Source: Bacilli bacterium (lineage in GTDB: Bacteria; Bacillota_I; Bacilli_A; RF39; UBA660). From it: a stretch of DNA of 64,000 nucleotides. This document shows positions 1 through 9,389 of the stretch, one piece after another; positions within the stretch are counted from its first letter, which is position 1, and the number at the start of each line of letters is the position of its first letter. A model generated the notes under the pieces. That model saw only the letters and a program-made list of their open reading frames with translations, made no database searches and had not been told where the DNA came from. Both the position numbers and the translations under genes were made by a program. The stretch is from the NCBI GenBank assembly GCA_028693275.1, contig JAQUVS010000003.1, positions 6,046 to 70,045 on the forward strand. Reading direction: 5' to 3'.

Positions 1-146
1 TTGATTTTGAAAATATTATAAATCAGCTAAATGATTAAAGAAAAAGATTATAAATAATCTTTTTTTCTTTATATTATATGGAATTTCTTGTATTTTATAT
101 TTATATTTGCTATGATAAGATTATGTATTTTAAAGGAGGACAATAT

Positions 147-1145
147 ATGAAGAAAATACTACCTTTGCTACTTATAACTACTTTATTCGTAACTGGTTGT
201 GGTGTAGCAAAACTTGAAAATGGTCAAGATGCTGTTGTTAAATTAAAAGGAGAAGATATCTCTGCTGATAAGCTATATGATCAATTAAAAGATAAGTATG
301 CAGTTAATGTACTTATTGATATGATTGATAAGCAAATTCTTGCTAAGGAATATAGTTCTGATGAAGTAAAAGAAGAAATAGAATCAAAAGTTCAATCACA
401 AATTGATAGTTGGTTAGAAAATTTCGGAGATGAAGCTACTTTATTAAAACAAACTTCTAGTTACTTTGGTGTAAGTACTATGGATGGATTAAGAGAATAT
501 CTTAATTTACAATTCTTAAGAACTAAGGCTGCTGAAGATTATGCTAAAACATTAGTAACTGATAAAGAAATTAAAAATTTCTATGATGAAACTATCTTTG
601 GAGACATTGAAGCAAGTCATATTTTAATTAAAGCAGATACTAAAGATGGTATGACTGATGAAGAAACTAAAGCTGCTGAAGCTAAAGCTTTAAAAGAAGC
701 TAAATCAATAATCGAAAAATTAAATAAAGGTGAAGATTTTGCTAAGTTAGCTAAAAAATATAGCGATGATGAAGGAAGCAAAGAAGATGGTGGAGAATTA
801 GGTTACTTCACACATGGTAAAATGGTTGCTGAATTCGAAGAAGCTGCAGTTGATTTAAAAGTTGGTAAATATACTACTGAACCTGTTAAGAGTTCATTTG
901 GTTACCATATAATTCTTAAAACTAATCAAAAAGAAAAAGCTTCTTTAGATAAAGTTAAGAGTGATATAATTGATGAAATTTCAGCTGATAAAATAGAAGC
1001 TGATTCTACTATAAATATTGATGCTATGGTTGAATTAAGAAAAGAATACAAAATTAGTTTTGAAGATTCTGACTTAAAGAAAAAGTATGAAGCATATATA
1101 GAAAGTTCAATTTCTAGTGCTAAAGAAACAGACGCAGCAAAATAA
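147..1145 (+). CDS. prsA: PrsA-like foldase lipoprotein (parvulin-type peptidyl-prolyl isomerase)
   Basis: RBS AAAGGAGGA ends 6 nt before ATG at 147; signal peptide plus lipobox LFVTGC; length and composition typical of PrsA; ORF-track start at 78 lacks RBS. Confidence 0.7.
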   Translation: MKKILPLLLITTLFVTGCGVAKLENGQDAVVKLKGEDISADKLYDQLKDKYAVNVLIDMIDKQILAKEYSSDEVKEEIESKVQSQIDSWLENFGDEATLLKQTSSYFGVSTMDGLREYLNLQFLRTKAAEDYAKTLVTDKEIKNFYDETIFGDIEASHILIKADTKDGMTDEETKAAEAKALKEAKSIIEKLNKGEDFAKLAKKYSDDEGSKEDGGELGYFTHGKMVAEFEEAAVDLKVGKYTTEPVKSSFGYHIILKTNQKEKASLDKVKSDIIDEISADKIEADSTINIDAMVELRKEYKISFEDSDLKKKYEAYIESSISSAKETDAAK

Positions 1146-1149
1146 AAAA

Positions 1150-1180
1150 ATAAGTACTTCATTAGAAGTACTTTTTATTT
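1150..1180. terminator. Bidirectional rho-independent terminator between prsA and recX
   Basis: hairpin AAGTACTTC-atta-GAAGTACTT flanked by A-run upstream and T-run downstream. Confidence 0.6.
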
Positions 1181-1912
1181 ATCATAAAAACCATTTTGAT
1201 ACATTTTTTGTTTTATTTTATATTCAAGTTCTTTATCTTTATATTTTTTTGATAATTTTTTTAATTGTTTTTCATATTCTTTTTTATATAAATCTTCATC
1301 ATTATAATTAAATTTTTCTAATGATGAAATTATCTTTTCTTTTTCATAACCTAAGTTTAGTAAGTACATTTCTATTTTTCTTTTTAAGATAACTCCTGAT
1401 TTATTTTTATTAATTTTTATCATTTTATTTATTATCTTGTCAATTCTTTCATATTGTAATTCATCAGAATAAACTTTAATCTTTTCAAGTATATTATCTT
1501 CAGAAAAACCATTTTGTTTTAATTCTTGTTTTATTTTTTCAGGGCCATATGAACTTAAATTTATTTTATCATGAATAAATGCTTCAATATAATGATTGTT
1601 ATTTAAGTACCCATTATTTTCTAGAATACTTGTAACTTCTTCAATATCTATATTGGAATATTCCTTTTTCTTTAGATATTCAGATATTTCTTTTTTACTT
1701 CTCATTTTTATAGAAATATACTTTAGAGCTACTTCATAAATTTCATATTTTTTGTTTTTTTCTATTAATTCATAAAGTACTTCATTTGATATTTCTTTAT
1801 TTATTATTAGTTTATATTCTAAAATTAAATCTTCATGTAGTCTATACTTTTTTTCATCAATATTTAGAATATACATTCCATTTCTACCTTTAGTGAATTT
1901 CTTGATTGTCAT
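1175..1912 (-). CDS. recX: RecX-family regulatory protein
   Basis: 245 aa with three-repeat helical architecture and RecX-like motifs (RSKKEISEYLKKK...GYLNNNHYIEAFI...GPEKIKQELKQNG). Confidence 0.6.
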   Translation of the reverse strand: MTIKKFTKGRNGMYILNIDEKKYRLHEDLILEYKLIINKEISNEVLYELIEKNKKYEIYEVALKYISIKMRSKKEISEYLKKKEYSNIDIEEVTSILENNGYLNNNHYIEAFIHDKINLSSYGPEKIKQELKQNGFSEDNILEKIKVYSDELQYERIDKIINKMIKINKNKSGVILKRKIEMYLLNLGYEKEKIISSLEKFNYNDEDLYKKEYEKQLKKLSKKYKDKELEYKIKQKMYQNGFYDK

Positions 1913-1963
1913 TAAATCACCTTCTTATAATTATATTATAACTAAAAAAAGATTAATATCAAA

Positions 1964-2164
1964 TTAATCTTTTTTTAAAGTCAATAAACCTTCTGAAACT
2001 TCTTCAAGAGCACGTCCAATATTTTTTCTTGATACATATTTATTAAGAGGCATTTGATAGTGAGATGTTCTTGACATTTCTTTACTTCTCTTGCTTGCAA
2101 TATGAACTAGTCTATATTTAGAGTCTATTGTATTCAACATTTTATCTATTGATGGATATATCAC
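1964..2164 (-). CDS. rpoZ: DNA-directed RNA polymerase subunit omega
   Basis: 66 aa; conserved omega motif DSKYRLVHIASKRSKEM. Confidence 0.8.
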   Translation of the reverse strand: MIYPSIDKMLNTIDSKYRLVHIASKRSKEMSRTSHYQMPLNKYVSRKNIGRALEEVSEGLLTLKKD

Positions 2165-2251
2165 TGTATCACCCTTCCCTATATTACTAGGATATATTTA
2201 TTTTTATTAATAGGCAAGGTATTTACAGTAATTAGACAATTATTTACATAA

Positions 2252-3559
2252 TTAAAATGGAAGTTTCATATTTCCGTTTGTAAATTGTTTCATCATTTTT
2301 TTCATTTGTTCAAATTGATTTAATAATTTATTTACATCTTGAACAGTTTGACCTGAACCCGATGCAATTCTTTGTTTTCTTGTTGCTTTTATCATGTCTG
2401 GATTTCTTCTTTCTTTAGGCGTCATTGATAATATTATAGCTTCTATATGAGCTAATTGTTTAGGATCTATATTTACATTTGATAAACCCATTTTTGATGC
2501 TCCAGGAATTAATTTAATTAAGTTTTCTAAAGGACCAAGTTTTTTTATTTGTTTCATATTCTTTAGAAAGTCTTCTAAATCAAATTTACCACTTTGCATT
2601 CTTTTTGCAGAATTCATAGCTTCTTTTTCATCTATTACTTCCTGAGCTTTTTCAACAAGAGATATAACATCTCCCATACCTATTATTCTTCCAGCCATTC
2701 TTTCAGGATCGAAACTTTCTAATCCATCCATTTTTTCACTTACACCAATAAATTTAATTGGTACATTTGTTAAGTGTCTTACTGATAAAGCAACTCCACC
2801 TCTTGTATCTCCGTCTAACTTAGTAAGAATAACACCAGTTAATGCTAAATTAGAATTGAAACCTTCAATAACATTAATAGCATCTTGTCCCATCATTGAA
2901 TCAATTACTAATAATTTTTCTTGAATAGAAAATTTTTCTTCAATCCCTTTTAGTTCATCCATTAAGTTTTCATCTATATGAAGTCTACCGGCAGTATCAA
3001 TTAATATATAGTTATGTCCGTTTTCCTTAGCATATTTTAAAGCATTTTCTATTATTTCAAGAGGATTTTTCTTTCCTTCTTCATAAACTTCTATACCTAA
3101 TTCTTTACCAATTTGTCTTAATTGATCAATTGCTGCTGGTCTATATATATCACATGCTACTAGTAAAGGTTTCTTACCATGTTTTTTTCTTAAGTAGTTA
3201 GCTAATTTACCTATAGTTGTTGTTTTACCACTTCCTTGAAGACCAACTAACATAAGCATAGCTGGATTCCCATCTGTGTTTATATATTTTTGTTCACCAC
3301 CAAGTAAGTTTGCTAATTCATCTTTTACGATTTTAACAAACATATCACCTGGTTTAATACTTTTGGCTACTTCTTCACCTAAAGCTTTTTCTTTTACGTT
3401 ATTTGTGAATTCTTTTACTACTTTATAGTTAACATCTGCTTCTAATAGAGCTAATCTTATTTCTCTCATCATTTCGCTGATGTTTTCTTCACTTATTTTT
3501 CCATATCCTTTGATTTTATCAATTGCGCTTTGCAATCTATCTCCTAGTGTTTCAAACAT
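2252..3559 (-). CDS. ffh: Signal recognition particle protein Ffh
   Basis: N domain MFETLGDRLQ..., GTPase motifs GLQGSGKTTT/DTAGR/TKLDG, Met-rich M domain at C-terminus. Confidence 0.95.
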   Translation of the reverse strand: MFETLGDRLQSAIDKIKGYGKISEENISEMMREIRLALLEADVNYKVVKEFTNNVKEKALGEEVAKSIKPGDMFVKIVKDELANLLGGEQKYINTDGNPAMLMLVGLQGSGKTTTIGKLANYLRKKHGKKPLLVACDIYRPAAIDQLRQIGKELGIEVYEEGKKNPLEIIENALKYAKENGHNYILIDTAGRLHIDENLMDELKGIEEKFSIQEKLLVIDSMMGQDAINVIEGFNSNLALTGVILTKLDGDTRGGVALSVRHLTNVPIKFIGVSEKMDGLESFDPERMAGRIIGMGDVISLVEKAQEVIDEKEAMNSAKRMQSGKFDLEDFLKNMKQIKKLGPLENLIKLIPGASKMGLSNVNIDPKQLAHIEAIILSMTPKERRNPDMIKATRKQRIASGSGQTVQDVNKLLNQFEQMKKMMKQFTNGNMKLPF

Positions 3560-3580
3560 AACAAAACCTCCTGTTGATTT

Positions 3581-5341
3581 TTATTTTTCTATATTTGTCC
3601 ATTTACTAACGACATTACAATTACTGCTTTGAGGAGCAGGATTAGGCATTTCTACTTTTACTATCATTGGTATTTTAAAAGCATTACCAAAGATTAAACA
3701 ATTACCTATTTGTAATGATTTTTGCTTTTCAATTATCTCATCAGTGATATTTGGAATCATTTTTGTAATATATTCTATATCTCTTGGATGACTCATTTTA
3801 AATATAATGAAATTAGAACATTGTGATAATACTGTTTCTGATAAATCTACTGGTCTTTGAGATATTAGATTTAATATTATACCATACTTTCTTCCTTCTT
3901 TTGATACTCTATCAAAAATATTATATCCAAATAGTCTTTCATCATCATCTTTTTGTACATATCTATGAGCTTCTTCTAAAAATAGATTAAAAGGTACACT
4001 TCCTCTTTCTATTTTTTTAGAAAAATCAAATAATAAATTAGTGAATATTTTTACTATTGCCTTAGCAAAGGCATCATCTATATCTTCTAAATTAATATTT
4101 AATATCTGATATTTTTTTCCATCTTTTATTATAAGATTAGATAGAAATTGATCTAATTTACAAAATTCTCTATAATCAAAAAATTTAGCATTTGGACCTA
4201 TTACTAATTCATGTAATTTTACTTTTAATGATATTGCATCTGCGTAAACATTATTATTACGTAACCAACCTTCTGAAATTAAAGCAAAGTTCAATGATTT
4301 TTCTAAATCTTTTAAATCAAATAATTTTTTTTGTTTTGGTTCATATGAAGATAATTCTGGAGATATATGATTATTTATATATTCAGTTAATAAAACTCTT
4401 TCAGCAAATTGATCTGTTGAGTCTATTAGAAAACATTCATGTAATTTTCTAGTATATCCTATTCCGTGAACTACTGCATTCATATTAAAGAAATCGGTAG
4501 GACAAATATTTAAGATAGAAAATATTTCATCTCTTTTACTTGATGTTCCTTGATTAGAATATAAAACTGTTAATATTGCTGTTGCTATTAAATGATTCTT
4601 ATATTTTTCTGATATATCATCTGATTGAGCAAAAATATTAGCTAATTTTAAAGTTTTTTCTATTATAGATATTTGAGTATGAGTATTAGCTGACAATATT
4701 AATGCTAAATCATTTACTCCAAGAAGCCATAAAGGTATTCTTAATAGATCTCCCTTATATGGACTATTTTCGTTAGTTGTTATAAAACGATAATTATAAT
4801 TAGGATTTATTTCATTTATTCTAGAGAATGAAGCATTATATTCACCTGTTGAATCAAATATTATAAAATTAGATCTATATGGAATAAAATTTGGAATATA
4901 AAATACATTTTGTAATAATCTTGCTACTCCACATGATTTACCACTACCAGTATTCCCAAAAATAGCCATATGATTACTAAATAAATCATTCATACTTGAA
5001 TATACTACTTTGTCATTATAGAACGGACTTTCCCCCATATTAATGAATCCATATTTGTTTTCCCCAACAATTAGTGGAAGTTCATTTTCTTCTAGTAATC
5101 TTATTGTTGCATCAGGATTTGGCTTTCTAAGTATTCCTCCAACAAAATTGTTATTAATAATTTCACCTAATAATCTTATTGTTGCTTCGTCTTTATTACA
5201 TTCTACTACTTCTCCAAGTAGTTTCTTACTATTGTCTTCAATTACTAAAGGCATGCTCATTATTTCAGGTTTTATTTCATTATTTTCAATTAAAGTTACT
5301 TTTATGCTTTTTTCAGCAATATTAATTATTTTACCAAACAT
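3581..5341 (-). CDS. HerA-like (DUF87) P-loop ATPase, paralog 2
   Basis: HAS-barrel-like N-terminus; Walker A FGNTGSGKSCGVAR; Walker B FLEEAHRY; ISQRP arginine-finger motif; about 55-60% identical to neighbour 5350..7113; RBS GGAGGA overlaps the neighbour's stop. Confidence 0.7.
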   Translation of the reverse strand: MFGKIINIAEKSIKVTLIENNEIKPEIMSMPLVIEDNSKKLLGEVVECNKDEATIRLLGEIINNNFVGGILRKPNPDATIRLLEENELPLIVGENKYGFINMGESPFYNDKVVYSSMNDLFSNHMAIFGNTGSGKSCGVARLLQNVFYIPNFIPYRSNFIIFDSTGEYNASFSRINEINPNYNYRFITTNENSPYKGDLLRIPLWLLGVNDLALILSANTHTQISIIEKTLKLANIFAQSDDISEKYKNHLIATAILTVLYSNQGTSSKRDEIFSILNICPTDFFNMNAVVHGIGYTRKLHECFLIDSTDQFAERVLLTEYINNHISPELSSYEPKQKKLFDLKDLEKSLNFALISEGWLRNNNVYADAISLKVKLHELVIGPNAKFFDYREFCKLDQFLSNLIIKDGKKYQILNINLEDIDDAFAKAIVKIFTNLLFDFSKKIERGSVPFNLFLEEAHRYVQKDDDERLFGYNIFDRVSKEGRKYGIILNLISQRPVDLSETVLSQCSNFIIFKMSHPRDIEYITKMIPNITDEIIEKQKSLQIGNCLIFGNAFKIPMIVKVEMPNPAPQSSNCNVVSKWTNIEK

Positions 5342-5349
5342 AAATCCTC

Positions 5350-7113
5350 CTACTCCTTAGCTATCCATCTGTTATAAACATCAGCATTACTACTTTCAGG
5401 TAATGGATCTGGTAATTCCATTCTAATAATTGTTGGAATTCTAAATGCCTTACCAAAAGCAACACAATTTCCTATTTGCAGAACTTTTTGTTTATCTACA
5501 ATTTCAGAATTTATGTTTGGAACCATTTTCTTTATGTATTCAACATCTCTAGGATGGTTCATTTTAAAAATTAAGAAATTAGAACATTGTGATATAACTG
5601 TATCTGAAATTTCTACTGGTCTTTGTGAGACAAAAGTCATTATTACTCCGTACTTTCTTCCTTCTTTCGAAATTCTTTCAAAGATATTATATCCTAATAA
5701 TTCTTTATCTCTATCTTCTTGTATATATCTATGTGATTCTTCTATTACAATATTAAATGGAATAGATCCTCTATTTTCTAGGTTTTTAGAAAATTCAAAT
5801 GTTATTCTACAAAATATTTTTACTAAAACTTTAGCAAAAGAATCATCTACATCTTCTAAGTTAAAATTTATTATTTGGAATTTTCTTCCATCTTCTGAAA
5901 ACAACATATCATGTAAGTATTCTCTTTTATCTATAAATTTGTCCAATTTAAAGAATCTAGAATATCCACCTATTACTAAATTATGAAGTTTAACTTTAAG
6001 AGTAATAGCATCACCATATGTATTCTTATTTCTTAGCCATCCTTCACTAATAAGAGTAAAGTTAAGGGCATCTTCCAAGTCTTCTAATGTAAAATAATGT
6101 AATCCTTTAGGTTCAAAAGTATCAAATTCTTCTTTTATGAATGAACCTATATATCTTGTTATTAATACACTTTCTGAAAACTGACCATTGGAATCAATGG
6201 CAAAACATTCTCTAAAATTTCTACTATAACCCACTCCTGTGATATCAGTTTCCAAATTAAGGTTATATGTATGGCATGATTCTAATATAGTAAAAATATC
6301 ATTTCTTTTACTCGCTGATGTTTCATTTGAATAAAGAATGCTCATTAAAGCTTTTGCGATAAGATGATCTTTAAAATCTTCTGTTTTTACATCAGGGGAA
6401 GCAAAGATATTAACTAATTGAACTGTTCTTTCAATTAGAGGAATTTGTGAGTGATTTGTTGCATTTAATAAAAGAGCAATATCATCTATACTTAATAACC
6501 AAAGAGGTATTTTTAGTTTTTCTACATCATCAACTATTTCACTACTTGTTGAATATAAATTATAGTGGTAATTTGGATTTATTTCATTTATTTTTGAAAA
6601 AGCTGTTTTATATTCTCCAGTTGAATCAAAAATTATAAAATTTGCATTAAATGGCAAAAACTCTGCTGTTTTAAAAACATTTTGGATTATTCTTGCTACA
6701 CCACATGATTTACCACTACCAGTATTTCCAAAAATAGCCATATGATTACTAAATAAATCATTTACCCTAGCTCTAATTGGATAACCATTATAAATCGGAC
6801 TATATCCTAGTAAAATTGAGTCTTTTGAATTTTCTGCAACTAAAAGAGAAAATTCTTCACTTGTTATTATTCTTACATTGGAGTTTAAACTTGGTTTTCT
6901 AATTATTCCACCTACAAAACCATTATTTACAATTTCTCCAAGAAATCTGGTACCTACAGTGTTTTCATCCATGTCTTCTATTTCGGCTATTATTTTTTTT
7001 TCTTCATCTTCAAACAAAACATGTAAATTCATTAAATCTTTATTTAATGAAAGAGCATCTGATATTTTTACTTTTGCACCAGTATCACTAATATATGTTA
7101 TTTTATCAAACAT
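5350..7113 (-). CDS. HerA-like (DUF87) P-loop ATPase, paralog 1
   Basis: Walker A FGNTGSGKSCGVAR; Walker B VIEESHRY; VSQRP motif; RBS AGGGGAA; starts 18 nt after ylxM stop. Confidence 0.7.
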   Translation of the reverse strand: MFDKITYISDTGAKVKISDALSLNKDLMNLHVLFEDEEKKIIAEIEDMDENTVGTRFLGEIVNNGFVGGIIRKPSLNSNVRIITSEEFSLLVAENSKDSILLGYSPIYNGYPIRARVNDLFSNHMAIFGNTGSGKSCGVARIIQNVFKTAEFLPFNANFIIFDSTGEYKTAFSKINEINPNYHYNLYSTSSEIVDDVEKLKIPLWLLSIDDIALLLNATNHSQIPLIERTVQLVNIFASPDVKTEDFKDHLIAKALMSILYSNETSASKRNDIFTILESCHTYNLNLETDITGVGYSRNFRECFAIDSNGQFSESVLITRYIGSFIKEEFDTFEPKGLHYFTLEDLEDALNFTLISEGWLRNKNTYGDAITLKVKLHNLVIGGYSRFFKLDKFIDKREYLHDMLFSEDGRKFQIINFNLEDVDDSFAKVLVKIFCRITFEFSKNLENRGSIPFNIVIEESHRYIQEDRDKELLGYNIFERISKEGRKYGVIMTFVSQRPVEISDTVISQCSNFLIFKMNHPRDVEYIKKMVPNINSEIVDKQKVLQIGNCVAFGKAFRIPTIIRMELPDPLPESSNADVYNRWIAKE

Positions 7114-7130
7114 AATAATTCCCCTATTCT

Positions 7131-7421
7131 TTAAATTAATTCTTCTATTTTATTCTTTTTTTCTTCTTCTATATTTTTAATAATTTTCATTATCTTTTCT
7201 TTTTTTTCTAGGAGTTTTAATTTCTCTTCATAGAAAAAAAGTTTTTCTTCTACACTCTTAATCTGTAAGTGTACTGCATTTCTACTTATTGAATTATTCT
7301 CAGCTATTTCCCCTAATGATAAATCATCAAAGTAATAGTTTTCAAAATATTCTCTTTGCTTATTTGTAAATAATTCTGAATAGTAATCATAAAGTTGATT
7401 TAGATATATTTTTTTATCCAT
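7131..7421 (-). CDS. ylxM: YlxM/UPF0122 small helix-turn-helix protein of the SRP operon
   Basis: 96 aa; sigma-70 region-4-like HTH LSLGEIAENNSISRNAVHLQIK; sits between ftsY and ffh as in Bacillus. Confidence 0.75.
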   Translation of the reverse strand: MDKKIYLNQLYDYYSELFTNKQREYFENYYFDDLSLGEIAENNSISRNAVHLQIKSVEEKLFFYEEKLKLLEKKEKIMKIIKNIEEEKKNKIEELI

Positions 7422-7429
7422 TTTATCAC

Positions 7430-8422
7430 CTACATCATTTCTTTAAAGAGACTATAAATATATTTTTCTATATCGAATGGTTGTAAATCTTCTTTTGTTT
7501 CACCAAGACCAATATATTTAACTGGAATATTTACTTCTTCTTTGATTGCTAAAACTATTCCACCTTTTGCTGTTCCATCTAATTTTGTTAAAACTATACC
7601 AGTTATATTTGTTATTTCTTTAAAACTTTTTGCTTGACTGATACCATTTTGACCAGTTGTAGCATCTATTACTAGTAATGTTTCATGAGGAGCATTAGGT
7701 ATTTTTGTTCCTATTACTTTGTTTATTTTTTCTAGTTCCTTCATTAGATTTGTTTTATTTTGTAATCTTCCAGCTGTATCTATTAAAATTATATCTGCAT
7801 TTTCTTTTATTGCATTATCTATTCCTTTAAAGACTACTGCTGCAGGATCTACTCCTTCAGTTTCCCCTGTAAATAATGTATTTGTTCTATTTGCCCATTC
7901 TTCTAATTGAGCTGTTGCTCCTGCTCTAAAAGTATCTCCGGCAACAAGCATAACTTTTTTCCCTTGTTCTTTAAATTTCCATGCCATTTTACCAATTGTT
8001 GTTGTCTTGCCTACTCCGTTAACTCCTACAAATAAAATTACTGTTGGTCCTTCATTATTTATATTTATTTTATTAACGATTACTTCGTCATTTACATAAA
8101 TTATAAACAACTCATCAACTATTATTTCTTTTAATTCAACAGGATCTGTTATGTGTTCCTTCTTACATCTATTTTTAATTCTTTCTATAAAATCCATTAC
8201 AGTTTTAACGCCTATATCAGACATTATCAATATTTCTTCTAGTTCTAGAAAATAATCTTCTGTAATTTTATCATATCTGTTTGTTAGATTTATCAGCTTG
8301 GATACAAAATTTTCTCTAGTTTTTGATAATCCCTTATCATAAATATTTATATCTTCTTTTTCTTTTGTTGTTATTGTATTTTCTTTTGAAAAAACATTTT
8401 TAATTTTATCAAATAATCCCAT
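7430..8422 (-). CDS. ftsY: SRP receptor FtsY (short form, no acidic A domain)
   Basis: NG domain with GVNGVGKTTTIGK, DTAGR, TKLDG; N-terminal amphipathic MGLFDKIKN. Confidence 0.9.
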   Translation of the reverse strand: MGLFDKIKNVFSKENTITTKEKEDINIYDKGLSKTRENFVSKLINLTNRYDKITEDYFLELEEILIMSDIGVKTVMDFIERIKNRCKKEHITDPVELKEIIVDELFIIYVNDEVIVNKININNEGPTVILFVGVNGVGKTTTIGKMAWKFKEQGKKVMLVAGDTFRAGATAQLEEWANRTNTLFTGETEGVDPAAVVFKGIDNAIKENADIILIDTAGRLQNKTNLMKELEKINKVIGTKIPNAPHETLLVIDATTGQNGISQAKSFKEITNITGIVLTKLDGTAKGGIVLAIKEEVNIPVKYIGLGETKEDLQPFDIEKYIYSLFKEMM

Positions 8423-8520
8423 ATTCCCTCCTGTTATCTTTAATTAATTGTTAATACTTTTATTATATCAAATATTATTTTAATTTACTATAAAACTAAA
8501 TTATTTTATTGAAGTTAAAT

Positions 8521-8553
8521 AAAAAAAGTAATCCTTTTTTTAGAATTACTTTT
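8521..8553 (-). terminator. Rho-independent terminator downstream of 8552..9238
   Basis: minus-strand hairpin AAGTAATTCT-aaaaaa-AGGATTACTT followed by T7. Confidence 0.5.
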
Positions 8554-9238
8554 ATATTATTTCTTTTGCCTTATGTTTAATTTTTGTTTTTTTTGAACTT
8601 AATCTATCTAAATCAATTATTTCACCTGTTGTAAAATCAACTAGAGGAATAGTTAAAGCATTGATTGATAGTAGCTCACTTACTTTTTTTATGATATCTA
8701 TATCATAATGAGATTCTACTTCATCTCTTGTCCAATTATAATCTTTTCTACTTTTAAAGGCTATTGCTTTTATATATCCCAAAGGAATTCTTTTATAAAC
8801 ATTAATAGTTCCATCTTTTCCTTTATGATGTGGTAACTCAAATAATATTTTTTCATCTATTACTAGTATTAATTCTTGAAGAAAACATTTATATGGATTT
8901 TGAATTGTTTCTTTTTTATCTTGATGGATACTTCTTTTTGGATGTTCTACTAAAGAAATAAAATCATATTCACTTTTACATGATGATAATTCTAAATTAA
9001 TATTTTTATTTTGACTTTTTATTTCATTATATGATAATATTTCTCCACTTTCAAAAATACTATTAAGTTTAAAGAAACTATTAACTAGTGGTATTTTTTG
9101 ATTTAATTCTATGTGAGATATAGTTTCTACTCCGTTTATTTTTACTGTTTGACTATTAAAATAAATCTTCTTATTTGTTATTCCGTGAAATAGATAATTT
9201 CTTAAATCTTTACTTGAATCTAAATATACTTTTTCCAT
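8552..9238 (-). CDS. Hypothetical protein (no recognisable domain)
   Basis: 228-aa ORF with its own terminator; no motif recognised by eye. Confidence 0.45.
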   Translation of the reverse strand: MEKVYLDSSKDLRNYLFHGITNKKIYFNSQTVKINGVETISHIELNQKIPLVNSFFKLNSIFESGEILSYNEIKSQNKNINLELSSCKSEYDFISLVEHPKRSIHQDKKETIQNPYKCFLQELILVIDEKILFELPHHKGKDGTINVYKRIPLGYIKAIAFKSRKDYNWTRDEVESHYDIDIIKKVSELLSINALTIPLVDFTTGEIIDLDRLSSKKTKIKHKAKEII

Positions 9239-9312
9239 ATTTGCTCCTTATTGGTGTATATTATAAAATACTAATTGTCTTTTAGCAATAGTCTTTTTAT
9301 AAATAATAATGG

Positions 9313-9348
9313 ACAAAAGTCCTTTTTTAGAGTATAATTTTATCGGTT
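9313..9348 (+). promoter_or_regulatory. Putative sigma-A promoter of rnj (TGGACA-17-TATAAT)
   Basis: -35 TGGACA, 17-nt spacer, -10 TATAAT about 40 nt upstream of rnj RBS. Confidence 0.4.
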
Positions 9349-9389
9349 AGTTCTTTTTGTATTAAAAATTAACTTTGAAAGGAGAAAAT

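Noticed and set aside
4192-5986. Several 86-157-aa ORFs (4192..4452, 5043..5360, 5513..5986 and others) on the strand opposite the HerA-like genes
   Set aside because: Antisense to long well-supported CDSs, no RBS, Ile/Leu/Phe/Ser-rich translations typical of AT-rich antisense frames.
3581-7113. HerA-like pair as part of a conjugative/type IV secretion element
   Set aside because: No relaxase, coupling protein, VirB-like membrane components, integrase or repeats nearby; they are embedded in the SRP operon.
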